A stretch of DNA of 64,000 bases from Hyaloraphidium curvatum SAG 235-1 (GCA_025558095.1 JAIVFI010000022.1:434001-498000), one strand, 5' to 3'. Shown: positions 24,719-36,466, counted from the stretch's first letter. Program-made: numbers and translations. The notes: generated by a model from the letters alone, not told the origin.

Positions 24719-27700
24719 ATGAGCACGCCGCAGCCCAGCGCAGAACAGCCGCCCGCGGCGCCGCCGGCCGCCGCTTCAGCCGACGCGCCGCTGTTTGTGT
24801 CGCCGGCCGCCGGGCCCGCCGCGCCCGCCTCGCCGCGCGCGGGCGCGAAGCACCGCCTGCCGCCGCAGCCGTCGCCGCAGAAGCTCGGCCGCCGCGGAGG
24901 CGTCGCCAAGCGCAACAAGCGCGGCCACGCGGACGCGCCGCCGATCGACGTCGCCGCCGGCCCGAGCGGGGACGGACAACCGGACGCACAAAACAACTCG
25001 GCCGCCTCGCCGTGCTCGCCGCCGCTGCCGATCACGCCGCTCGGCGCGCTCGACATCGCGGACATGCTGCCCGCAACCGCCACGCTGGTGTTCCCGGCCC
25101 CCGCGGACCTGCCGCCCGCCGCCCTCCCAGCTCGCTCGGCCTCGCTTGCCGCCGCACCGCAAAATTCAGCAAACGCCGGCATCGGCTTCCAGCAGGCTTT
25201 GGACGAAGACCTGGTGACCGGGCCCCAGAATTCGCTGGCCCAGGCGCCGTCCCTGCCCAGTTCGCCCTCGCGCAAGGCTTCGGCGGCGTCGCTGCTCTCG
25301 CGCTCGGCCTCGGCGTCCCCGAAGAGGTCGCTGCCCGTCTCGGCCGCACAGTCGCCAAGCAATTCGCGCCCAGGAACGCCGACAAACAACGGAAACTCCG
25401 GCAGCGGCTTTTTCCAATCCCTCCTCGACGCTGCCTCGCGCATGGTCGGCGCCAAGCCTGCCCAAGCCGACCGCCGCGACTTGCCTCCACTGCCATCTGC
25501 TTTCCACGAGGACTTGGTCCCAGCCCAGGCGCCGCCGCAGGTCCCTCCGACCAAGCTCATCATCTCGTCCGGCAAGAACTCGGTCGCCCCGCTGGCAACC
25601 CCCACGAGCCCCAAGAAGCTGGAGCTCGTCATGCCGGTTCCCGCCCCTGCACTGCCGCCGCAGCTCACCATCGTCTCGGACGCCGTCCTTGACGGCGGCG
25701 CGCACATGGACACGGCCGTCGATGCTCATGCCATCCTCCCCACCGGCGACAGCCATCCGATGACCCACTCCCCGACCTCCGAGGCGTTTTCGCCCGGTGA
25801 CGACGACAAACTGTCCCCCGCTCGTGCGTCGGAACGCCAGCGCCGTCGCCGCCGCACGCCTGGGCCCCGCACGCCGATCAGCCCTCCACCGCCCGACACG
25901 GAGCTGGACACTCCCACCCGGGTGCGCACTTCGATGGAAGAGCTCGAGTCCAAGCTCGACGGCGAGGCCGAGGGCGTGCAGGAGCCTGGCGTGGAGGTCG
26001 CCGTCAGCCCGCAGGACGGCGTCGTGCTCCGCTGGCAGTCTGGCGACGACCTCTTCCTCCTTTCTAGCGAAGAGCAGGACGAATCGGCCCTCCCTCCGCT
26101 CCCCTCCCCCCTCCCTCCCCTCACCACCCCGATCGTCTGGACCGTTCGGCAGCAGCAGGGCTACCGCAAGCCCCCCGGCCACCCGCTCAACGTGCCCACG
26201 GTGGCGCGCCAGCCCCTGCACCAGAAGTGCGAGGACGTGCATCACCCCCCGCTGCCGTACGAGGCCACGCATTCCGACGCCGCGACGGGCGTGCACCCGA
26301 TCAACCACAACGCGTACCACCTCTTCGTGCTCGCCGACGGACACGGCGGGCACGGTGCGGCCGAGTGGTTCGTCCCGCGCATCCGCGACCGGGTCGAGGA
26401 GCTGTTGCGGCGGGAAGACTGGGAGTTTTCGGTCGAGGGACACCGGTGCAAGTTCGGAGAGGCCATCACGGCCATCTTTGCCGAGCTCGACAGGGAGTAC
26501 TGCGACATCAAGGTACCTGGCCGGCGATGCGAGCCCATTGAGGGCCAAGCTGATACGTTTTCCTGCAGATTGCAGAGTTTGAGGCCTGGAAGCGGGACTG
26601 TTCGGGGCTGATGAGCACCGTCGGCATCGGATCGGGAACGCTGAGCGCGACGGACCTGGCAAAGAGGCCCGCGGTGGGTGAAATTGCTTGCTGCGGTCTT
26701 CGCAATCAGCTGATATGCAATGTGAAGGACGATGGATGCACGCTCGTGGTCAACCTCATCTACCGCTTCCACCTGCTCAACTGCAACGTCGGCGACTCGC
26801 GCACCGTGCTCGCCCGCAGATGGGTGCCGCCTATCCAGGAACTGCACGAGCAGGGCAGCCAAGACTCGCTCGGATCCGCCTCCGAGTCGGAGGACGAGGC
26901 AATCGATGAGGTTGCCGGCGATGCAGCTCCCTCGGATCCGATCGCCCCTCCGGTGCGCACGGCGTCGCAGGTTCCGCAAGCAGCACGCACGTCCGGCTTC
27001 AACTGGACCATACACTTTGCGTCCAAGGACCACTCGCCCGACCACCCGCACCGCGCCCACCACATCCACCGCGCCGGCGGGCTATTCATCAACGACGACG
27101 GCACGAGGCGCGCCGTGCGCATCCAGCCCCCTCACGAGCGCGGCGACATGATCTACACTGAGCTCACCGGTTCGCGCATCTACCGCCCGCCCAACGACGC
27201 CGTCAAGGCCCTCGGCATCTCGCACCTCAAGACGCTCAACCTGGCCGGGACCATGGGCGACCTGCTCTTCAAAATCACCCCCGCCGTGATCTCGAGCAGG
27301 CCCGACATCACCTTCGTCCGCATCCGAGACGCGCTCGAGGAGGGCAAGCCCGAGAACGGCGGCTGGGAGCACCTGATCGTCTACACCACGGACGGCGTGT
27401 GGGACCACCTGCGCCAGCAGAACGGCCCTTCGCTGCAGAACAAGGCCGTCATCGGGTTCATCTCGGGATGGGTCGACAGGATCCTGGCGTACGGACCCGG
27501 CGTCGTGGGTGCCGGGGAGCGAGGGGGCCCCATGCGGTGCACGCGCGGCGATCGTTCGGCCTCGGCAGATGCTCCGCCCGAGGAGCTCGGCCGCGCGATG
27601 GGTCTGGTCGCCGGCATGATGTGCGAGCGCGAGGCCGAATACGAGCCAGCCATGACGGACTGCGACGGCAACTTCCAGAACACCCCCGGGAGCATGGGGC

Positions 27701-27879
27701 CCCACGGCCGCAACCCTGGGCTGTACTACCCGTTCGTGGGGAGGTTCGACGACATCACTGTCGGCATGTGCTACGTGCCCGTTGGCGGGATGACGGCGGC
27801 GAGCCAGGGCGGCAGCTGGCGCGGCAAGGAGGAGAAGGTCCGCAACATGGCGTCGCAGATGGACATGAGGATCGATTGA
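24719..27879 (+). CDS. PP2C/PPM-type protein phosphatase with long disordered N-terminus
   Basis: PPM motifs in order: CED, LADGHGG, DDGCT, CNVGDSR, KDHSP, LNLAGTMGD, SSRPDI, TTDGVWD, DDITV. One intron near 26513-26569. Confidence 0.85.
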
Positions 27880-28239
27880 TGGGGAGGATGGATGCGGTTG
27901 GAGGTTGGGGAGGGTGGAGGACGTTGCCTGGAGGCGGCGAGGGGATGGATAGACGGGCTCGGGCACGAAAAAGCTAGATCTCACTTTCGTCTGTAAATGA
28001 CTTCCTCTATCTTTGTTTATCTTACGGCGATACCCAATCAGATGAAAAGCAGTTCGATCGTTCGGCGAACAAGCGGGGCAGCCGCCGAGGAAAGGTGAGG
28101 TCGATCGACGAGCATCAAAACTTGGTAAGAGAGGCGGCAAAACTGCTGTGATCAGTTCCAGGCCCTTGCTCGTTGCAGCTTGCAAATGTCCATTGAATCC
28201 GGATGGATCTATTGTTGCCATGAAGGACGTTATAGACAT

Positions 28240-28284
28240 GGATATGACGTCGTGTTCAGGTGGCGAGGATATGACGTCGTGTTC
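28240..28284. repeat. 18-bp direct repeat GGATATGACGTCGTGTTC x2 (27-bp period)
   Basis: Exact copies at 28240-28257 and 28267-28284, upstream of the 7-TM gene. Each contains a CRE-like TGACGTC. Confidence 0.8.
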
Positions 28285-28465
28285 CAGAGAATCAGAGTCT
28301 AGAAACCGGAACTACAAAGATACAAAACCCCCTACCCTCCCATAACTGGGTTCAGGTGGCGTCTCCCAGGGATTTCTGCCTCCCTCATTGTCACAACATC
28401 GAAGCGGATAGTGCCCGCATTTCTCAACAGCGAACGGGCGTGCACGATCCCTGGGACACATTGAG

Positions 28466-29977
28466 ATGGAGTCGGCGGGCGAGGGCGCTCCGGAGCCTGC
28501 CCCGGCGAACTTCAGTGCGCGCGAGTGGGCTGCCCTCTTTCCGGCCGGTACGCCGATAACAAAAAAGGAGCTACTAGCCGCTCTGCCGGTGTGGGTGCGA
28601 GTCGGGACGCTCCTCGAGCTCGTGCCCGACCAGCCGGGGTACGTCGCGGCGACCCATCTTGGACACTCGGTTCTTTACGGATTGGCGTTGCTGGTCGGCA
28701 TCTGGGTCGTCGCCGCCCCTTCTGGCCGTTACGCCAGCTCGCAGCTTGCTGTGACGACCATGTTTGTGACTAGCGCAGTCTTGTTCGAGCTGGCACGGGG
28801 CGTCCTTGGCTTCTATGCCCAGTCGTTCAAAAGGCAAACAGACTTCTCCACAAAGTCCTCGGCTGGCGTGGCGCGTTGGACAGAGCTCGCTTATAAAGGC
28901 AAGGCCGAGGACGGATGCCCCGCGTCGCCGCTCTTGCGGCACGTCGAAGGCGACAGCCTGTGCCCGTGCCCCTCTGCAACGTGCGCCGGCGGCCTGGCGG
29001 GCGGCAGCGGCGGGACTCGGTTGCTATTGCTGCTTGCCGGCCCACCCCTGTGGCAACTTTTCGTCTACGACATTCTCGTACCGTGGTTTCTTTTGTTTCG
29101 GGAGCTACACGTGGTCGCAGCGTTGGCTTGCCACCATCTTTTCGCTTCAGATTCTATTCGGCCTGCTCAGCAATTACGTTGGAGCTTGGAAGTGCTTTGA
29201 CGGAGGGGTGGGCCAGATATTCTTGCGACCGTACGTTCGGCGCCTGCGGCGGCGCGCTATTAAAGACGCTCTCGACGGGATGCTGGATCGGCATTCGCGC
29301 GCACTGGAAGAGGAACGCGCGGGCAAGTCAAGATCGCCGGGGGACTTCGCGGTCGCCGAAGCCTACGAGGTCCTTCAGTCGCACCTTTCTCCGCTATGGG
29401 AAGCATCGGCAAACAGTCGCGACTTCACCTCATTCATCTTCTTTCACACATTTTTGGGCGTGGTCTTCGGGCTACTGTACCTCGTAGGTTCTTCGGGCTA
29501 CTGTACCTCGTAGGTTCCTTGTTGGGTCTAGAGGCGGCGCAACGCTGAACATGACATTGGTTTCGTCCCCAACAGGCGACCGGTCGGTGCATCCCGGGCG
29601 CTGTACTCGGCCCATTCTTGTTTCATGTGGCCACCTTCATATTTGCCGTGGGCTCAGCCTCCAGTGCCAACGCCTCGGTCAGTGACGCCCGCCACCTCTA
29701 CCTCGCCGCACAGTATCGCCTGCGGACCCTCCTGGCGCGCCACGGTCCCTTCCCTTCCGCCGCCGCGGACTCGCTCCGCGCGCACGACGCCTTGGTCGGG
29801 GCCTGCATCGCGCAGGCGGATGCCTCGGGGATGAAGCTGTTTGGCGTAACGGTCGGACCGTCGGCCGTGCGCGTAACCGTCGTCACACTCTTCACCATTC
29901 TGTTGGGCCTTTGGAACATCATTAGGGGACTGGGCGGCTTCCTGACGATCGAAACCATGTGCCCTTCTGTCGGGTGA
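28466..29977 (+). CDS. Seven-TM membrane protein (possible 7TM ion channel/gustatory-receptor-like); apparent 1-nt frameshift near 29091-29100, possibly a pseudogene
   Basis: About seven hydrophobic segments spread over ORFs 28466-29200, 28806-29513 and 29618-29977. Intron 29484-29575 restores the frame between the last two. C-terminus is GMKLFGVTVG...VVTLFTILLGLW. Confidence 0.6.
29464..29515 (+). repeat. 26-bp perfect tandem duplication spanning a splice donor
   Basis: TCTTCGGGCTACTGTACCTCGTAGGT x2. Confidence 0.9.
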
Positions 29978-30020
29978 CCTGTTTGCACTCGTCGCAATGC
30001 GTCACCAATACATTGCTCCC

Positions 30021-30947
30021 TTATTTCGACAAGCGCCTAGGCAGCCCCGGCACCGCACCGTCCGGCACATCATCCAGCTCGCCCGACACATCCTTCCCGG
30101 CCTGCCTCAGCGCCAACAGCCTCGCCAGTTCAGCCCTGCTGGCAATGTCGCTCCGCCTGATCATTTCGGGCACCTTTGTCTCGCCGCAATGGACGGCGAG
30201 GTCGACGCACTCGTCCAGGTCCATACCGTGTCCCACGGACACAAAGACCGGTGTTCGTGATGTTGATGACACCAAAACGGCGGCACCATAGACGAAGCTC
30301 CCGCTATCTGCGCCCGGCGGTTCGCTCGGAACTGTCGGAGGCCGTCCTCTGAGCAGCACCCTGTCTCCTTTGGTCTTCAGCCTCTCCCTAACCGCATTAC
30401 CCTTGACGTGTTCCATCGTGAGCTCCTCTCCCGCCTCCGGGATGCAGAACAGGTTCTTTGCCACGCCGACCGAGCGCACGCCCGCGGCCACGCCGACGTG
30501 GCATGCCGAACCGAACCCGCGGGGGTGCAGCGCGCCGTTGCCGTCCACCGCGAACGCAGTGGCAGCAAACGTTTCCGGCTGGCGCGAGCGGTATCGGTCC
30601 AGTAGGAAAAGGTACAGGGGGAGCTCCCGGAACGCGAGGAAGCCGGCGGCATACGGTACCCTGAGCTCTGAACGCGCCAGGTCCTGGTAAAACTGCGCAG
30701 GAGGCGAGACGGAAAGGTCCAGCACCGTAAGGCAGGCAACGCAGAGAGTGCTGTGCCCATCTGCATGTCCGGTTGGCGCGTCCTCCGTGGGCAGATCCGT
30801 GACGTCGTCCGCGAAGTCGAAGGTGATGTCCAGCCCGCCCACGAAGCGAATCGGCTGCCACGAATCCGGAGGCACGAAGCTCCGCTGCAGACGGAGGAGA
30901 CGGAGCTGTTCGGCTTCCCACAGCGCGAGCAGCTCGGCAGGCGGCAT
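30021..30947 (-). CDS. ENDOV: Endonuclease V (inosine-specific nuclease), single exon
   Basis: VGGLDITF, PYAAGFLAFRE, VDGNGALHPRGFG.ACHVGV, VGVAK, PVFVSVGH and KVPE.IR.SD. Confidence 0.92.
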   Translation of the reverse strand: MPPAELLALWEAEQLRLLRLQRSFVPPDSWQPIRFVGGLDITFDFADDVTDLPTEDAPTGHADGHSTLCVACLTVLDLSVSPPAQFYQDLARSELRVPYAAGFLAFRELPLYLFLLDRYRSRQPETFAATAFAVDGNGALHPRGFGSACHVGVAAGVRSVGVAKNLFCIPEAGEELTMEHVKGNAVRERLKTKGDRVLLRGRPPTVPSEPPGADSGSFVYGAAVLVSSTSRTPVFVSVGHGMDLDECVDLAVHCGETKVPEMIRRSDIASRAELARLLALRQAGKDVSGELDDVPDGAVPGLPRRLSK

Positions 30948-31162
30948 CCGAGGCACGGCCGCGAGCACCCAAGGGGCCAAATGCGCTGATTGGATCGGAG
31001 CGACCCGGAGAAGACGATTTACTGAGGTCCCAGCTCAGGATCCGCTGTGCCACTCCGTGTTTGTCCGATCGCGTTCCTCGCCTCGATCCGCGCGCGGACA
31101 GTCCCAGAGCACTGCTACCAAGTCTCGGCCCTCGCGGCCGCGGCAGGATCTGGACCCCAGCG

Positions 31163-31922
31163 ATGTCCTCTTCGGCACCTTCGGGCGACCGGGACCCCGC
31201 GCGGCTCAAGGACTGGGACGCGCGGTGGCGCGACGGCCGCATCGGCTTCCACAAGTCGGACGTGAACAACAACCTCGTCCGCTGGATCGGCGAACTGCGG
31301 GCCCCCGGGAACGCGAAACCGAGGGTGTTCGTCCCGCTGTGCGGCAAGTCGCTGGATCTGCCGTACCTTGCGCGGGAGGGATTCGACGTGACGGGCCTGG
31401 AATGGAGCCGGAAGGCGTGCCTCGACTTTTTCGCGGAGCAGGGCATCGCGTTTGCCTCTTCGCCCGTGGCTTCGCGGACCGTGCCGACGCCCGAGTACAA
31501 GCCGGAGCTGTATGCGGCGAAGGACTTGCCCCTCCGGATCATCCAGGACGATCTCTTCGCTGCCGAGCTCCCCCCTTCCGACTGCATCTACGACAGGGCC
31601 AGCATGATCGCGGTGCTTCCATCCCTCCGCGAAAAGTACGCCGACACCATTCTCTCGTGCCTCGAGCCGGGCGGGAGGATATTGGCTGTCACGCTAGAGC
31701 GCCCGGTGCCGCCGGACGTCGGACCGCCGTACGTTGCTCTGGGCGGTCGCGTGGAGCGGCGTGCTGACGGCCCTTTTCAGGTTCACGCTGCTGGAGGAGG
31801 ACTTCCGGCGGATATACGAAGCGCGAGGGTGCGAGGTGAAGCGTCTGGCCGTGAACGAAGTGGAGAGCGGGACTACGGGCCCGGGGACGAGGGAGCGCGT
31901 GTTCCTGGTGGTCAAGCCGTAA
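31163..31922 (+). CDS. TPMT: Thiopurine S-methyltransferase family
   Basis: W...W...RIGFH, RVFVPLCGKSLD, QDDLF and DCIYDRASMIA. One intron near 31729-31780 gives GPP/F. Confidence 0.85.
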
Positions 31923-32007
31923 CGCTTGCGGTTGCGGGTATCTTGAAAATTAGAATAGAGGTACATAGTTGACAGAGTGCCAGTTTTCGGCGTCCACATG
32001 CAGCAGA

Positions 32008-33105
32008 TCATTCACTCGGCCCCTTCCAAGCGGGCTTCTCCAGCATCTTGCTCACCGCCTTCCGCATGCGAAGCAGCAAACGGTCTTTGATGCCCTCCGC
32101 ATTCGCCTCGTACATCCTGTCGGCATAATCGATCATCTTGCTGCCTGTCCTGAACTTGCGGGCGAACGCGGCGCCGCTGGCTTGCGCCTTGTCCACGAGA
32201 TTCTTCTTGTCCAGCCAGCGCGGGTGCGATTCGTTGAACACGGGGATGTAGAAGCGCAGGCTGTCGCCGGCCACGAATTTCGACAGCCGGCGGCCGGCCG
32301 CCGTCCAGCCCAAAAAATTCTGGAAAAGGGCCTCGTCCGGGACCTTGGTCGAAGCCAGCGTCACGAGCAGCCTTCGCATCTCGCCGCCACGCGCGACCGC
32401 TTCGCAAAACTCCCGCGATAGGATCACCCAGGCCGGCCCGACCTCGTACGGGTACGGCGGCGGGATGGTGTTCCAGTGTTTCGAGTAGAAGATGAGGCCA
32501 TTGTCCGAACCGGCGAGGCCCGAGTCGAATCCGGGCGTTTTCCAATGATGGGAGTTGTTGGAATTCGGCCAGACCTCCACGAAGCTCACGGCGATCGGCC
32601 GGCCCTCGTCGTCGAGGGACGCCGCGTCCAGCGCGTCGCCCAAAGCCTCCTGCGAGACGAGGGGGTAGTCCGAGCCGCTGAGGTTGATGAAATGCGTCCA
32701 AGTGGGCGACCTGTCCAGCAGCAGCTCGATTGCCTCAATGGTGTTGAGGACGATCGTGATTCCCATGTAGGAGATGGCCGTGGGCGGCATGAGCACCACG
32801 TTGTCCGCGTAGGGCGGGCCCGAAACCAGTTCCCGAACGGCGTCGACCCCGGGTGCCCTCGCGGCCTTGGCGTCGACGTGGACGGCGTATGAGCCGTCCG
32901 GCCGGTGAATCGCGCGCAGCAGCCGCGGCACGTTGGCTGCCGTCTCTTCAGACGCCTGGATCAGGTACGCGAACGGTCCCGCCCGCGTGACCGGCCCCGT
33001 CCGCCCGCGCGGGCGCTTGCGAAGCGGGTCTCGCGTCAACAGCAATCCCAGGGCGGCGCACGCGACAAGCGCCCAGGTCAGCACCCGCCGCCGTCGCCAC
33101 ATCAT
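32008..33105 (-). CDS. GT14 (core-2/I-branching, xylosyltransferase-like) type II membrane glycosyltransferase, single exon
   Basis: Signal anchor, then FAYLI, RLLRAIH.P...YAVHVDAK, WTHFINLSGSDYPL, G.AWVILSREF, PDEALFQ and FARKF. Confidence 0.85.
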   Translation of the reverse strand: MMWRRRRVLTWALVACAALGLLLTRDPLRKRPRGRTGPVTRAGPFAYLIQASEETAANVPRLLRAIHRPDGSYAVHVDAKAARAPGVDAVRELVSGPPYADNVVLMPPTAISYMGITIVLNTIEAIELLLDRSPTWTHFINLSGSDYPLVSQEALGDALDAASLDDEGRPIAVSFVEVWPNSNNSHHWKTPGFDSGLAGSDNGLIFYSKHWNTIPPPYPYEVGPAWVILSREFCEAVARGGEMRRLLVTLASTKVPDEALFQNFLGWTAAGRRLSKFVAGDSLRFYIPVFNESHPRWLDKKNLVDKAQASGAAFARKFRTGSKMIDYADRMYEANAEGIKDRLLLRMRKAVSKMLEKPAWKGPSE

Positions 33106-33284
33106 CGTGCGGCAGTTTGCACGGTGGCGGCGGCGGTGGGGCGGCCGTTTCGGTCACAACGAGTAGAGGTTGCAATCAGGGACGATGACCCTCGGACGCT
33201 CCACGAGGAACCCCGCCCGCCCAATCAATACGATTGCGAAAGAGGCAGGTCTATTCCAACAACGATGCTTCGAGCAAAGTCCAA

Positions 33285-34525
33285 CTACTGCCGAAGGTCG
33301 CGGGTGCCCACTTTCGTATCGTTCCCCCGTCTGGGCAAAGTCTGGTTGCCATCCTTTCTCAACTTGTCCTTCCGTGCCTGCTCGTACGGATCGCGGAACG
33401 TTCCGATGATCTTGTCCCAGAAGCCAAACATGATGCCTGGAACATGAGGCAGGGGTGGAAGGAGACGCCGAAGGTGAGCGGCCTGCGCTCCCGACGTGCC
33501 CATGCCGCTTGCAATCCTTACCGTAGTTGTGATTCGGGAAGCGATGGTGCATGGTGTGGGTGATGCCGTCCTGTGGCGAGGATGCCGATGAGAACGTGCA
33601 CGGGCGCGACCCAGTACTCGACACGGGGGACCCCGAACTCGACCCACATTGAAGAAGGCGTTCAGGTACGGCAGTTCGACCTCGCAGTGCGCCACATAGA
33701 CATGCACCATCAGCACGTTCATGACTGCGCAGAAATTGAGGTACCCGAGCTGGATGTACTGGCTGTAGACGGTGATGAAGGCTCTGCACACTAGGAGGTC
33801 AATCCCGGCCGTTTCCGAACTCCGAAGCAAGGAATCGGCACGCACATGTAGAAAATGATCTCGAACGGCTCCGCGTGCAGCCCGAAGAGGGGGTGGTCCA
33901 GGTAGCTCTTTATCTGGTGATGGGTCGCGTGGATCCACTGCCACCGCTTGGGCACCTTGTGGAAGGCCCAGTGGATCCCGGTGTTCCAAGCGTCCATCAC
34001 GATGAGGAAGTGCAGCACCTTGCGCACGGGGTCGGGGAATCAGGCTTCGGGTCCGGGCGCGGCGCCAACGTGGCCCGCACCTTCACCACGCTGAACTCCC
34101 GCACCAGCTCGGCCACCGTCACCCCGTCCGGGTACGCGTAGTAGCCGTAGATGCCTCCCGCCAGGGTCCCCATGGTCGTGGTGGACACGACGTACAAATC
34201 GCCGAGCCAGTCCTTCAGGTCGTGCGCGGTCAACGCCAGGTTTAGGCGGCCGCGCCGGAGCTCCCCCACCTTCGTGTACTGCACGGAGTTGGCAAACAGG
34301 GACCTGTTCCGCACGTCGCCGGAGCGCCCGCGCTGCCACTGCTGGAGCAAGATGACCAAGTACCTGGGCGGCGGCGGCCCGTTAGGCTTCTGGAGCGGCG
34401 GCGGCGGCTGCGAGACGCCCGCACCCCAGGCTGAAGAAGATGTTGAAGAACGTCAGGCCCGTCGCCAGGCCCATCGCGAGGGAGGAGAAGCGGACCGAGG
34501 CCCAATCGGGTTCGGGCCCGTTCAT
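33285..34525 (-). CDS. Fatty acid hydroxylase/sterol desaturase family membrane di-iron enzyme
   Basis: His boxes HWAFH, HATHH and HTMHH plus NYG...FWDKIIGT, across several introns. Confidence 0.85.
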
Positions 34526-34995
34526 GACGAGCGCCCCCGTGGCCGCGCTCCATGCCCGGGAGAGCGGACCGTCCATGGTCGCGGTGTCTGCGGAAGGCGG
34601 CAGGGCACGGAGAAGCGCGGCCGGGCGTGCTCTGTTTAGGCTCCAACGAGCGTGCGGGAGAATTTACTGTGCTGGCGCAGCAAGGGAGGGTCCTTCAACA
34701 GGAGATCGGGGAAGGCAAATCAGCCGTCCCTCCGGCGCCGTTGCATCGGTAGGAATAAGCAGGAGCATCAGCAGGCTGCAATCGGCGGGCGAAGCTCCGA
34801 TGAACCCGATTGGCCCAACGGCTTTGACCTTGGGAGGGTCCAATGGGCCTCGACCTCCAGCCCACGCCCGCCGTCATCGTCTGCCGCCATCCTAGCTGTG
34901 CACAACAGCGGTGCACGGAACGAGGATCGGCATCCAAATCGACGTAAAGCTTTGCAATTCCATTGATTCGGGCCGCCCCCGGGCGATACGCAGCC

Positions 34996-36466
34996 TCAAG
35001 GCGCCTTCCCGGGCTCCCCCGCCTTGCCCTCCCGAGGCTTCTCCCCCCCGCCCGCCGGCGGCCCGACGGCCGCCCCCACCCCGTCCTCCCTCCTGCACGA
35101 GCAGCACTCCTCCTCGTTCGGATCCGGCTCCAGCACCACCCCGTCCTCCCGCGCCTCCTCCCTCGGCCCGAGGACCTTGATCCTGCACCCGGCCTCGAAG
35201 AAGACGGCGGGGTTGCGCTGCGCCCAGTCCAGGTTGGGCACCCCGCCTTCCGTTCCCACGGCGCCGATTTCAGAGGCGGGCATGCCGGCGCGCCATCCCG
35301 AGCGCGGTTCCGAGGCGAACACCGAGTCCTCGGGGTTGCCGGCGTGCGAGGCGAGGACCTCACCCCTGGCGGCGAGGAACTTGGCCGCGAGCCGCGGGAA
35401 GCGCGAGGTGGCGACGGTGTGGAGGTTGCAGAAGCTGCGCTGGGGTGGGTAGGTGCCGTCCCCGCGGGGGGGAAGGGGGACGGTGGAGGGGAGGTGGTAG
35501 GCGATGTGGTCGAGGAGCAGGAGGGCCTCTTCCTGGCAACGGGGAATCACGTGAGTGGTCAGAGGGCAACGGGACGTGGAAGCGACCCACGTTGGGCATC
35601 CAACGCGGGTACACGCGCAGGTTCCGCCCCTCGAACCGGCCAGACCACGAGCGCGGGTCGTACGCGCCGTGCAGGGTCACGCCGACGCGGCCGCGGCGCC
35701 CCTTTTCCGCCCGTACCCGGACGATCTCGGCGATGAGGTGCGCGTAGAAGACGGCAAAGTCGCGCGAGCGCTGCGGCGAGTCGAGGAAGAGGTAGTCCGG
35801 CACCGACTTGTTTGCGGCCAGCACGCCCGCGTACGAAGAAAAGGCCGACCCCTCGTGCAGGTGCCACGCCGCCTCTGGCCCGCGCAGCTCGGCGGGCACG
35901 GCCGACAGCGACGCGTTGTGCGCGTCGAACGAGTGCAGCGCGGCGCCGTTGCCGTTTGCGCGCAGCGCGTGCAGGATCCACACGGCCGAGTAGCCGAGGC
36001 CGGGGGCGATCTGCCAGACCACCTTGGGCTTCATGGTCCGCAGCCGCAGGTACGTGAGCTCGAGCTCGACGTCCTGCAGCGGGCAGCGGCCGGCGCCCAG
36101 CGAGCAGAAGAGCCGCGCCTGCCGCCGCACGTAGCGCAGCTCCTCTGCGTGCTGCGCGTACAGCCCGGCGTACAAATCCACGGCGACGTCCATGAAGGGG
36201 CCGTTGACGCCGCCGCCCGCGCGGGTGCCCGGCACGCCCTCGCGCCGCCACGCCGCCCGCTCGTCGGCCTCATACGGCGGCCTGCTGCCGTCCCGCGGCA
36301 CCGCCTCGTCCAGCAGATCGATGCCGGGCGTCGCCTCGCGCGTCGGTGTCCACGGCGCGGCGGCCAGCGGCGTCCACGGCGGGCCCCACGCGGCAAGCAG
36401 GAGGTTGGCCGCCACCGACGCCAGCAGCAGCCGCCGCAGCACCGCCGGCGACGACAGCAGCGACAT
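34996..36466 (-). CDS. Signal-anchored class I SAM-dependent methyltransferase-like protein (Methyltransf_24-like)
   Basis: N-terminal hydrophobic anchor, E.ELTYLRLR..KP.VVWQIAPGLGYSA.WIL.AL..NG...LHSFD and DYLFLDS. One intron near 35535-35590. Confidence 0.65.
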
